A stretch of 45,623 bases of DNA, the filler included, from Sphacelaria rigidula (taxonomy: Eukaryota), in assembly GCA_964200075.2 (NCBI GenBank). It is 2 parts of 2 records of this genome, joined end to end, with 100 filler letters (N's around TTAATTAATTAA, not from the genome) between each part and the next. Parts side by side here need not be neighbours in the genome. Positions count along the whole stretch, not along the records: positions 22,865 to 45,623 come from CAXNAA020000312.1; 1 more part is not named here. One strand, 5' to 3'. Shown piece after piece: positions 23,664-35,008 of the stretch; positions within the stretch are counted from its first letter, which is position 1, and the number at the start of each line of letters is the position of its first letter. The notes beneath the pieces are model-generated. The model searched no databases, was not told the origin of the DNA, and saw nothing but the letters and a program-made list of their open reading frames with translations. A program made the position numbers and the translations under genes.

Positions 23664-25195
23664 GTGCTACGCGAGTATGAGCGAAACCGACGCTTAGAAC
23701 AAGATGTCGTTGAGTTTGCTGTTGCGTCCAACAACGTCGATGGTGATGGGCCTGACCAGGTGAGAAGATCACCGTATCCCCCTTGCCACTTCTTCCTCCT
23801 TTAAATTTGGAAGACGACGGAATGCGGTTTGCTGGGGCATAGTCATACTACAGGGGTTACACTTGCGGGACAAAATTAGAGTACCGACTTTGACGACAAA
23901 CTGCAGATCGCGACTCCTCGAAGTCGCTTTTTTTGTGTCGTAAAAAGTGCCCCCCCACCCTGGGCGTCAACCAACGATAAAGCGCCAACCCGCTCTGGCT
24001 CTGCGGGGAGGACACTGCCGAGACTCTCTGCCTGTCCGCTTTGAGCGCGCAATGAATATCGTACGCCTGTCCGTCGCCTCACCCCGGCGCTTGTCACCGG
24101 GAACAGAACGATGGAGTTCTGTGTCCCGTGTGCAAGCGCGACTATCTACTGGAACCTGGACCTCCTTCGGCGGCTATCGTGTGCGCTTGCGGCTTCCGCC
24201 TCGACACTCGAGGGGATCGCCTTGGCCTTGAGTATGTGAAGCAGCAGCTGGCCGAAACGTACGCGGAGCACAGGTGAGAAATGCGTGGGAATAATAGTTG
24301 CCGCGTTGTTGCACAGTGTCAGTGTGCTCTGCCAAATCATCACACCTCTGTTAATTTCCAGGTGAACACCTGAGCGTTGTGGTTTTTGTGTCCTCGTATC
24401 CAATCTGCAGCACAGTGGAGTAAAGTATTGGGCTAGTGCAGCCCTCGTAGGTCTTGCTTGTGTTTCAGGCGGATCTGTCGCGTTGTGCCCTAGTTGTGCT
24501 CCTCCGAGTACTCGCGGTCGGAAAGTGTCTTGCTTGCAAGTAGGGCGCCGCGCCCGTTGGTCTAATTAGTCCAAGTGAAATTTGAGGTCGGAAGGAAGCG
24601 GGTTCGAATGCCGGCAGATCCAGCTGGGCTATATTCCCTCAGAAATATCTGAGCTCAGTCGTTGAAGACACCAGGGCGTGAGTAGTAAAAACGTTTTTTC
24701 AGACGATAGTCGACGTGGTGCGGGAGTGCCGGGGAGTGCCGGTCCAATCCGCGCTGCCGAAATGCAAGGCGTGTACCGGGGGAAAGATGGGTTAATCTCG
24801 TGAGACCATTAGACAAGTAGACAATTAGACCATTAGACCATTAGACCATTAGACCATTAGATGACGGACTCGTCCCGAGGAAGGGGAAGGGGTCGAAAGT
24901 GTGGCAGAAGAAACGCATAGCGTTCTCGAGGTTGTCTGCCAATCATGTATGAGAGCAGATACTCGAAACGCAACACTGGACACATCGGGAACATGACATT
25001 TGATGCCAAACGTGTTCTGGTTCCTCGGTGTGTTGCTGTTCTTTGCCTGCCGCTGCTGGCCCTTTCTTTTTCTCACCTTTCCTTCTCAGCGCTGGCTGCA
25101 GCGCGGAACCGACGTTCTCCGTGGAGGGTACGGGTGGTTTGGAAATTCTGTGGAGCGCTTGCGATGGATGCGGATTCGCGAGAGTGGTCATATGA
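23664..25195 (+). CDS. RPAIN: RPA-interacting protein (RIP/RPAIN), three 3' exons: 23664-23759, 24107-24273 and 25090-25195
   Basis: Spliced product: VLREYERNRRLEQDVVEFAVASNNVDGDGPDQ|NDGVLCPVCKRDYLLEPGPPSAAIVCACGFRLDTRGDRLGLEYVKQQLAETYAEHS|AGCSAEPTFSVEGTGGLEILWSACDGCGFARVVI*. This is the RPA_interact C-terminal Zn finger (CPVC..CxCG..EH..C..P.F..CxxC..V.*). Canonical CAG/GTGAGA sites, consistent phases (0,0,2) and no internal stops. The 5' exons were not identified. Confidence 0.88.
24546..24905 (+). mobile_element. tRNA-derived SINE with an internal (ACCATTAG)n expansion, inside an RPAIN intron
   Basis: Head CGCCGCGCCCGTTGGTCTAATTAG...GCGGGTTCGAATGCC. ACCATTAG tandem at ~24805-24860. Body motif shared with the 20250 copy. 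Confidence 0.6.
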
Positions 25196-26021
25196 TTCAC
25201 ACTCTGTACACGAGTGTGGAGTAATATCGTCTATGTAATCATATTTCAAATACAATCATGTTTTATATAGAGTTATGCCCCAGGAGTGCGGAATACAGCA
25301 CATGGATCCATTGACTAGTAATTCGAGTGCAGGTGTAGTTGCATGAAGTCGTGCGTTAGAGATGAAGAACCGGCGCTGTTACGAATCCAGTCATGCTACA
25401 CGCGTACGAAATACCGTATGCATACGGGGATGCGTCGTGTCATGTTGTGCGACTGTGGTAGGTGCTGTCTTGTCAGATATCGAGATACGTACGCATTGGG
25501 GCTATGCGGTGTCATGAGATGTATGAGACTGCCCACTGGGTGGGAATGTCCTCATTACTTTGCACCTATACTGTCTCGTATGGAACGAGACAATTTCCTG
25601 CCGTTAAAGAGAGATCCCCCTCTATCGGCTGCGCAAGTGGCGCCCGGTGCAGTTTCCGACACTGTATTCGAGCTGAAAGATACTTCTACTGGTGCTCTAG
25701 TTGGTTTCTTGTCACGGTACGGTTTCTCTCGTAGCCCGCCCGGTCAAGTGCCGATATTACGATTGTTGAGGTTGCACTTGTCGAACTTCCAAAGGTCACA
25801 AAAAACCTTGGTGGGAATGACTAGTTGTCGAAGATGGCCGGAGGCGCTCCCAACAAACGAACATGCGAAATTGTGCTGTGATCCATTATTTATGGGTTGT
25901 TTGGCATGGCCCTCAAATAAGCGATAATCGAACGGTGTAGACTCGACCCTTCGGCCATGAAAAGTTTGAAGTCTTGACTGCAGAAGCCATGCCACGATAG
26001 TTCCCCCCCACAAGAAGAATG

Positions 26022-26089
26022 AGTGCTCCGTCTCGAAAGGGATGCGTGGTCAATGGTCAAATGACTAAGGCAAGCAACAAATGAGTACG
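26022..26089 (+). mobile_element. 68-bp LINE 3' end insertion with a 19-bp target-site duplication
   Basis: CCCCCCCACAAGAAGAATG occurs at both 26003-26021 and 26090-26108, flanking the LINE terminus ...GCAAGCAACAAATGAGTACG. Confidence 0.9.
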
Positions 26090-26340
26090 CCCCCCCACAA
26101 GAAGAATGTTTACGCCCCACAAGAAAAATGTTTGGTCTGAGGCGGCAAAATCCACATGATAGCTAAAATGACAAGAGCCGAGCATATCGAGCAGCTGGGA
26201 ACTCCCGTGCTTGGGGATCGTTTTCGCCAATGTCGCACATATAACGGGCTTCAGGAGTCTAAAACCAGCTATCATGCGTTTATGGCCATTTTCTTCGCGA
26301 CAGTTTTGAAGCTGGTTTTGGGGGGGGCGGGGGCCGGGGG

Positions 26341-26625
26341 GTACTCATTTGTTGCTTGCCTTGGTCGTTTGGCCATCGACCATGCATCTCTTTCGAGACG
26401 GAGCACCGTCCCTACTCCTGATAGAGATGCTTCCGACATTTCGGCCCTCACAACGTTTTTTTCCATACATTACACAAAAACCGCTCACATATCTTATCCC
26501 CGTCCTGTTTCGCCGTCTGTGGCCACCATCTATCTCCTAGTAAAACCATCGTTTTTTCGTTACTGTCTAATGCATCAAATGATTTCATGCCACCTTAGTT
26601 CGCGTCCCGTATTTCCCCACCCCTA
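26341..26625 (-). mobile_element. LINE 3' fragment
   Basis: Colinear similarity to 77-340, preceded on + by a G-rich tract. Confidence 0.75.
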
Positions 26626-26659
26626 ACACGTTCGATGCTGCGAAAAAGTTGAAACTGCG

Positions 26660-26845
26660 AAATCTCTCTTCCTTTTTTCTTTTTTGTGTCTTGGTCTACT
26701 GTGTTGTTCTGTTCTATCATTTTTTTTTTTTTTTTCCTCAGCGAGTGTTTCAATTTTGTTTTGTATCGGGTACGTCTATCGTGTGACCACGGCTGGATTC
26801 CTGGGGGGGTCAGTTGAAGTGTGACAACCAATCAAAATCAATCAA
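26660..26845 (+). repeat. Dispersed repeat, probably a retroelement 3' end with a CAAT-like tail; second copy at ~12560-12760
   Basis: Both copies share TCCTCAGCGAGTGTTT..TGACCACG.CT.GAT and end in CAAT/CGAT-type repeats. Confidence 0.55.
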
Positions 26846-27089
26846 AGGGGTAGTTCTGCGCATCCTCCTCCTCCTCCATTCAACCACTGGTGGTGTACCC
26901 CTTTATTCTTTCTGGCAGGTCCAGGTCCCCCACCCGAAATCGCAGTTTCACTTCTTCGGGCACTTGTGTTTTGGGTGGAGTGTCGTGCCATCACTCGTAA
27001 TACAAGGAAATCAATATGAAAATTGACACATCGGCACACATGGTGTCGCGTCTTTTCTTGCACTGTCTTGTCCTGCATGTCCTGACTCG

Positions 27090-28400
27090 ATCGGCATGTT
27101 GACCTGTGCAGTTCCGCTATTTGGCTTTTTCGCACTCTTTTAGTCCGCGTACCATCATGTTGTCCTACAACCCGGTTAACGCCACTACTGGCCTTTTCCC
27201 TAACGAACTCCATCTTGGTAGCTACCCTCGGCTGCCCACCACCGTGTTTGAGCGACACACGTTCGATGGCCACAAGGATTGGATCAGGGTCAGATATCCT
27301 ATCACGAGCTAGCGCATTCACGACAACGCAAAGCGTTTACCCTCGTGCGCGAACATGCTATCAACGCCTCGCGCTTTGAGAGATCAAACACTGCTGTCTA
27401 CAACCTCATGCACAAACGCCCCAACTGGAAAGTTGGTGATTGAGTTTGGATCTACAACAGTTTGTCGACCATCCGCCAAGGCACCAGCAAGGCAGCCAAT
27501 GAAACAATTCTGAAGACAAAATTGTCCCTTGATTGGACAGGACCATTCAAGATCCTGACAGTCGGACCTTCGCCATTATCATCGGATGATGAACCCGTTG
27601 GTGACAAACTGCTCTATCTCGATCTGCTTCGCGACCTCCAGGGCAAGGACACCAAACCCCGTATCTCCGTGCACAGATGGAAACCCTACAGGAATCCGCA
27701 TGATACTAGCGACATGCCCACGTACTTATCTGCCGGACTCACACAGTATGTTTTCAACAGCTACTCGACCAAGTCCCCACCCTATCATGTTACAACCGAC
27801 GACGTGACGGAACAGCCCCTCCGATTGACCGTGTCCACCATCTCCCGCCACCAGATCACTCGTGGTCGAGGTGGCAAAATTGCTGTCATGTACAAGACAC
27901 ACTGGCGAGGTCTTCGGCGAGCGTCTCGGGAACGCAAATCCGACCTTCAATTGCACCGCCGTGCAATCCTCCTGTACTAGACGCAATCCCAACACCAGCA
28001 TCGTGCTCACAGCAAGAAATATCGCAACATGCATCATGGTGCAGCAGCCCGCGAACTTCACCGCGATCAAGGGCTACACGCTTTGTGGCCGATGTCTACG
28101 AACTTGTACCCACCAAGACTCGTAAGACGAAGTTTTTCGCAAACCAGCAAATACTACCCAAGGGCAGCTACCTTTGGTTCGAAGGCAGCGACAACCTCCG
28201 GTGGTTGGATCAGACCCACTCAGCTAACCTGTTTCTGCCGACCCGTATATCGTGCGCTTCATCGATGACCCTGGATCCATCCAGCTCAAGCTTCGGCCAG
28301 CACAATACACCACCAGCCCATCTGCCCCACGCGGATCCTGGTGCCTTCAGCGACTCAAGTCAAAAGGACTTCGCCGCGGTATCCAGCGCAACATCGATCA
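27090..28400 (+). mobile_element. Ty3/Gypsy pol 3' fragment (integrase C-terminus, chromodomain-like region, C-terminal extension), degenerate
   Basis: SYNPVNATTGLFPNELHLGSYPRLPTTVFE and KLSLDWTGPFKILTVGP..KLLYLDL (GPY/F motif), then GRGGKIAVMYKTHWRGL. Colinear with the minus-strand element at 32900-34150. Confidence 0.88.
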
Positions 28401-28903
28401 CACCCACGACGTCCACGCACCGCTTTGAACCACGCCCCTTCACTGCAACCTCCCTTTTTTGCTAGGGCCTGACTCTACGACATACACAACAGGACTCTTT
28501 ACATCGGACTGCGATCGAACACTACTAGGAGCCACTAACCACCTACGACTACTCGGCTACTAGGAGCCACCAACCATCTACGACTATTGAAGCTCCAGTA
28601 CTCCCTTTTTTGGCTGGCGCTCGATCTCGCTGGATCACCGATTTCAGACTCTGATTCCCTTGCTTCCGACCAACATGCGTTGGTCGCTACTGATCTTACC
28701 GTTTTTCTTTGGAATCCCCCAGGTAGCTCTGCTCCCCGTTGTACCTCCCGGGTTTTCCCCTTCGTTTTGCTAGGACGCCGAAGCAACTTGTGCTTCTTCG
28801 TTGATCGCTAGCACGCAGAAGCAGTTTGTGCTCCCGCGTTTCAAAGCAGTTTTTCTGCTCCTCGAAGCAGTATATGCTTTCCTTATTTTTTGAGTCGAGG
28901 GAG

Positions 28904-29385
28904 TGTGGGTACGGGAGTGTTTCCTTAGGTGTGCCTCATTAGCCGCTCATGACTTCACGGGTGAAGAAAAACCTTAGTTTTCGCTGCTTTTGAGGATGAA
29001 TCCTCGCAGCTGTAACAGAGGTTCGTCTGGGTGGGATAGTGTCATGAGGAAGCATATTAGCCTATTGTCATGCCGCCTCAGACCCGTTGACAGGTCTAGC
29101 TCGACGGAATGGTATCTCAGGATTATTTCCAGACTACAGGTCTGTTCAGAGTTGGTCAGATACGAGTATGAACTCGTATACAGCAAGGGATGATAGTCGA
29201 TGGGATCGCCCTCGGTAATCACATCGCTTCATCCCGACAAGGAAACTCTGACATCTTCGGTAAGACTGATAGATTGAGCGACAGAGATTGGGCTCTGAGA
29301 AGTACTTAGGAGAGTATTAAGCAATCAAGAAGTGATACTATCGTACCTGCGCGTGAAACGGATTTGATACCTAGGACACAGGACA
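28904..29385 (+). repeat. Probable 3' LTR of the + strand Gypsy fragment
   Basis: Purine-rich GAGTCGAGGGAG immediately precedes TGTGGG, and a candidate CA end lies at ~29380-29385. There is no second copy in the window to confirm it. Confidence 0.4.
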
Positions 29386-30041
29386 TCACCGTCGTACGCT
29401 GTAGAACTGTTCTCTGCCCCTCAGCTGATGCGCGAGGCCTCTTGTCTGGTCCTCCTGCCTTGCTAGTAAGGCGTGTCTATCATAAACAATGTTTTCGTGA
29501 AATTGAGAGTTGAAGATCCAATTGAGAGTGGCATCGTTTTTCGACCGGCGTGACATTCACCTTTTGAATTGTTACACAACACGTTGGTTTCTAGCATCAT
29601 AAGAGGCCCGTTGACCCTTAGAGCAGTAGATCTGATGAAATCTTCGTACACAATGGTTGGCAGGGATGGCTACTCGATTTTAGAGTTGATGAAGTTCTTG
29701 AAAAAATTGTTTGGGGCAAGTGAGCAGTGGACCCAGCTCGTCCAGAACGTGTTTTTATCGAAATCGGAGCCTGCCGCGACGATTCGAAGCCTGCCAATGC
29801 ACACTTTGCCTAGGGGACACTATGCACCCTCCTCGCTCGAGGGTCTCGTGCGCCTTGGGTCGGGTTTGGTGTTAGTGATAGCCTATAGCATTCAATGATG
29901 TTCCCCATCAAACATTATCTACCAACATTTCTTTAATTTGTTTCTCGATAGACCGCGAGGGTAGGTCAACTGCTGAATCGGTATCAATTTTCACTTGAAA
30001 AAGGAATGCGTGATCCAGATGGACTACCCTCACCGCGGCGG

Positions 30042-30300
30042 TCGCCCCGGTGGCTCAGTTCGTAACCTTGGAATCTTCTGACGCTTGGGTCGTGGGTTCA
30101 AATCTCGGAGCGATCTGGGATTTTTTCTCACACCATGCCCAACAGTGGATAGCGACTATGTCGCGGGTACACAGAATTCGACGTGATGGTCGACGAGAGA
30201 AAAGGACTGCTGAACCCCTTTCGCGATGAAAAAGGAAAGGCAAGCGCCGCAGAAGGAAGATGGAGTACCGAAAACAAATGGGACGACAACACACACACCC
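30042..30300 (+). mobile_element. tRNA-derived SINE
   Basis: GCCCCGGTGGCTCAGTT..GGTCGTGGGTTCAAATC carries A and B boxes. The body GGACTGCTGAACCCCT..GCAAGC.CCGCAGAAGGAAG is repeated at 45560-45623. Confidence 0.65.
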
Positions 30301-31683
30301 GAATCACGGGCTAAGGGTCAACCCTTGGACCGTGAGGGTAGTCCATCCGATTCACGCATACCGTTGTCAAGTGAAGTTGATGCCGATTCAACCGATGACC
30401 TTCTCTCGTCGTCTAAGGGTCAAGTTCCGGCTCGAAACTTCCCTTGGTGTCAGATTCGAAATAATTAACGGCAATCGTACACCTGCACCAGTCACCTGGC
30501 AACAGCATGTCGGTTGTATATGCGACCATTTCATAATATATAGCCCAACAACCGGTCGGAAAATATTCGGAACCAATAAAAATCCAATCTTTGGGGGCCG
30601 GAGCGCAAACATTCTTTGTATCAAAGGAAGAAGTGACGATAGTGAGCATCCAAATCTTGGGAAAGGTACCCGACCGGAAGGGTACCCTCTCATTGTACAT
30701 CACAATCGGAGTAACTTCGTGATGACATGGCGGTTTCACAATTTCACCTATTGGATGGCTGTCGATAGAGTATGGTTGATTTGTTCGAACAATCGGTACT
30801 ACAGTCACTTTGACGATATCAAAATCTCTAATTCGAACTAGTGCATGTAGAAGATTCGTAATTAGGTGACATGAGCCTTGCAACTACCGTTGGGAACATA
30901 GGCTGGGATGTCACTTTTGATTTTCAAAGCGGCGGCCGATGGACGGAGGCTGGTTAGCCCGGAAAATTTAAATGTGCACCCCGGTGCGCCATCGACCTTC
31001 ATGTGCACCCTGGGATAATGGCAAATACACGTGCGGCTAGTCAGCACCGCATGACCACGACCCTGACCGTGGTGCAACTTGGGTCAAACTATTTCATTCC
31101 GAGCCAGCACAACCAACGCCGAGTACAGTAGTAGTACAACAGTAACATGATGTCGCACTCTCTCTCATCTCTCACTACTCGTCGCACGGTCGAGTCTGCT
31201 GGACTTCGCACTGCCAGCTCGAAAACAAAAAAGTGTTCTGTCTTAATTATTTTATTATTTTAAAGCTCAAAATTCTCTGCTCGCTCATATCCATCCTCCA
31301 TCCATATAATATGATGCACACCGACAGACTATGACGGGAAAAGAGGTGCTACTTTGTGTACCCAGAGAAACACAGAAAACCCGAGGTAGAGAGAGTGGCG
31401 TGTACCGGAACAGACAACATCATGGCGACTACATTATATTCTACTGTCTGTCAGTTGCACTAAGTCTATCGGTAACGCCATGATGTCCACCGTGTCATAT
31501 CTACAGCAAAGTGACTTATGGCCTACAGACAGGACGGTACACATGACAGTGTACTCTATAATCGAGTAGCCATCCCTGTCAACCATTTTGTACAAATATT
31601 TCATCAGGTCTGCTGCTCTAAGGATCAACGGGCCTGTTATTATGCTAGAAACCAACGTGTCGTGTATCAATTCAAAAGGTGAA

Positions 31684-32431
31684 TGTCAGGAGACGAACTT
31701 GCGCTCAGATCTCCGACAAGGGTTGGACCACTGTTATGGGGCTGAGGTGGTGCGATTCGTAGAAACGTGTAGAGTCCCAAAAAGTTGTCGAAATGTGATT
31801 TGTTGCCACTTGTATTGATTATTTATGCTACGATACTGGAAGGCCCCAGAAATCAACACAAAACCAATCTATACCCGGAAAACAGACCGAAACTTGACCT
31901 AAAACTGCAGAACAAAGCTGTTGCTGAGACTGAGAGAAGGATGCAGAACGAAGTGATCATCAGGGGGTTTGCGTCGATGCTCGAGTGCACCCCGCTAGCC
32001 TTTGACCCTTTTGTTCTTGCTCACGCACTTGAACCCAAATCTGTGACTTTACCTTTCAAAGAATCGTTCTACTCGGGAGTACCCCCACAGGTTTTCATCC
32101 TTTATCTACCCTCAACACACAAGAGCTCCCAATATCGTATCTTGCTTTGTTGTATTTTCTGAGATAAACTCCAGATTCCGAAACGTGCAAATCCGTCTAC
32201 AAGTTTTCTTGACTTTTGAACAACTCAACTTCGAATATATCTCCCCGCTTGTGTACAAACCTCAACTTGTGGCTCACAATGCCTAGAAACACTATAGCAC
32301 AATTCCTGTACCCCGGACTAGAGCTATTATAAGTTGTTTTACCCCGGTTCCCATACGCACTCATCTTACTTTTACCCGTAGAACTGGTTCGGCACGAAAC
32401 CATGAAGCCTCCGAGAGTTTGGCTCACCACA
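31684..32431 (-). repeat. 3' LTR (748 bp, TG...CA)
   Basis: Direct repeat of 43574-44336. Manual alignment gives about 25 substitutions and 3 indels. Confidence 0.95.
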
Positions 32432-32894
32432 TTAGCCCATTCTGTGAACCTAAATTTCATCTTATGTGCAGATAAATTTGGTGAACAAACTACTGTAAAC
32501 CGCAAAAACCCTGGTGAGCCTCAATATTTCCACTCGATATTCAAACTAACCACCCCCAATTCTTGAACCTGGAAGAGAAAACTCCAAGACAAATTGCAAC
32601 ATCTATTAGTTTACAACACTTTCCACACATACTACTCCACAAATCGGCTCTCTTCCTTGTAAATTCTGCCTGTGTTCGACCCACACAATTATTTCAACAG
32701 TCAAATCCAAAGTAAAACGGAGAAAAACATTCAAACTAAGATCAGAAAAATACCCAAAATATTTCATCGTTCTCCTGGCTCCTTCTGGTCCTCGTTGTCA
32801 TGTACCGATACCAAACCACCCCCAATCATCCACGTCTTCTGATGTTCGTCTTCATATGCGATGATGGTTGATGGGCTCCAACAATCCTCTCCAG

Positions 32895-33733
32895 CTACAA
32901 TGTGTGTGCGAAAATCTTCGATGTCCCTTGCTGCACATGAACATGCCAGCACCAATCCCTTGCTTGGTTCCTAGAGGTCTTCAAATTTCCCGCCAAATGG
33001 TGGACATTGTACCGCCTTCCCAGGTCCAGCATCCTCAGGGTATGCGGGCGACTTTGCAGCGCTGCATTTTCCTGAAGTCCCATTTTTGAGCTAGCTGCCA
33101 CCCTGCTTTCTGCATACAGAAATAAACGTAGCATCCAACAAGTTGCGGATCGTAAACGTGAGGGCCATCATTGACGTTGCCCCTGAGTTCGTAACCTTTA
33201 GCCACAAACATTTTCCCTCGCCCCCTCGCCTCCTCCCGTCGTACCAAGTTAATACGATACCTGCGATACTTTGCGTTGTCGGGCTTTTCTATCTTCGGAT
33301 TTCCCATCCAGTATGTTAAAATCACACGACCCTATTGTTTGACGTCCTCTTCATGTTCCCATCTCGGCCTTCCCAAATTTTCCCAATATAGTAAGTATTG
33401 TACAGACAGCTTCCCCCCCAAACCGCGAGATAAACGAGGGCTCACGATTTTTGTGGGTTTCAACCTGTACTTGTCTAACTGCACTGACAAATCCTCCTCT
33501 GCCAGGTGTAACGGTGGTGACAGTTCTGAGTACTGGTTTAACACGTATTCACTCAGGCCCCAAGGTAACGATTTAGGCGGCTCCGGCTCATCTTTTGAAT
33601 TGTAGCACCGCTTACATCGCAACACCGAAACTCGAGGACTCATAATTACTCCCGCCTCATTTTGCCGAAGTTCGAGCAAGAGTAATTTTTCCCCTACTAG
33701 CTCTCCCTTTTTCGAAATGCCTGGTCCTACCAC
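32895..33733 (-). pseudogene. Integrase C-terminal region: chromodomain-like segment plus a further ~150-aa extension
   Basis: GGKLSVQYLLYWENLGRPRWEHEEDV (chromo-like Y.V.W....WE), then ILTYW..NAKYRRYR..GYEL..GCYVYF..GWQLA..RMLD..WCWHVH across a stop and a frameshift. Confidence 0.7.
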
Positions 33734-34780
33734 AAGATTTTATACGGCCCCTTACATGAGTGAGACAGTTTAGACGATAAAGATGTTTTCCCCCCATCTC
33801 GTACCGCATTTCCTCCCGACATGATCGTACCCTTGGTATCATAAACGAATACCCACTTACCTACTTCCCATTTTGGCCGTCGATTCAAGACTTCCTCCAC
33901 TTGCTCATTGTTTGCCTCATGTTTGGATTCTAGTAAATAGTCTTCTTGTCTCACAAGATCGTACGCTTTTGTTTGACGATCCTTCATCAGCTGCAAAAAC
34001 TCAAGTTGATCTGCCTTCAATCCTTGGCGTCCGGACGCACCCCTCTTTTCCAGGATGGTCATGGGTAACCTGGGATACCTTCCGATATGCACCCCATTCG
34101 GCGCCAATCCTATTCCCCTACTCACGTAATTGTTGTGTGCGGAAATGACGTGTAGCAACAACTTATCCCAATCCTTGTGGTCATCAGCCACCAGATACGA
34201 CAACATTTGACACAACGTGTGGTTTAGTCGCTCTATCATTCCGTTTGTCTGTGGGTGATATACACTTCTGTATCGTTTCACGGCTCCCAACATCTCATAG
34301 ACCAACCTTGCTACTTTTGCTGTGAACTCCGTTCCTCGATCCGACAGTAACGTGTGAGGACATCCCCACCTTGGAATATAGACATGCACTAGAATATTTG
34401 CACAATCTTCTGCCGTTTTATCTTTTTTGGTAAGAGCATACGCTTCCGCGTGCCTACTAAATAGATCCACCATCAAGAGAATGTATGTGTTTCCTCTCGT
34501 TGATCTCGGCAACGGACCCAACAAGTCGAACGAAACCATCTGCCCTGGTTGACTTGGCGGCGGTAAAGAGATGAGTGTCCACCTCACCGTATGTCTTGAA
34601 TTTTTCCTAGCTTGACATGTATAACATCGCCTGACCCAGAATTTTACACTGACCTTCATTCCAATCCACCAGTAATACCGTTACAACAGAGATAGCGTAA
34701 TACCTTCCCCCAAATAGATAGCTTCTTCGTGGGTTTGGTCCATCATCCAAGGTCGCAACAACAGTGGCACGTACGTCCTG
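33727..34780 (-). pseudogene. Gypsy integrase (Zn-binding + DDE core + GPY motif)
   Basis: RRCYTCQARK, SFDLLGPLP, MVDLFSRH, LLSDRGTEF, YHPQTNGMIERLNHTL, KGPYKI. Confidence 0.95.
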
Positions 34781-35008
34781 GTTGGCTCTTCTCCCAAATA
34801 CCCCTCAAACTGTCCCGGATTTCGGTCCATTTGACTGGGCATTGGAGTCTGCGTCTTCCCCAATAGAAAGCTTTCGCCCGCCAGTTCTAAAAGTGTTCCA
34901 TTTTTCAACAATCTTTTGAACTCGCATAAGTCAATTCGTGTGGGGACACCCTTCTCCTGATCTTTCGTCAACACCGTCACTCGTTTTTTCAAATATTCGA
35001 TGACAGTC

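Noticed and set aside
24805-24860. (ACCATTAG)n as a telomere-like or CRISPR repeat
   Set aside because: It is a simple 8-bp slippage expansion inside a SINE, not TTAGGG, and has no spacers.
30042-30115. Possible tRNA gene (also at 6765, 20250, 24546)
   Set aside because: A/B boxes are present, but there is no convincing cloverleaf or acceptor stem and the heads continue into repeated bodies. They are better explained as SINEs.
31785-32162. ORFs inside the LTRs (also 43690-44191)
   Set aside because: The frames differ between the two LTR copies because of 1-bp indels, and there is no recognisable domain.
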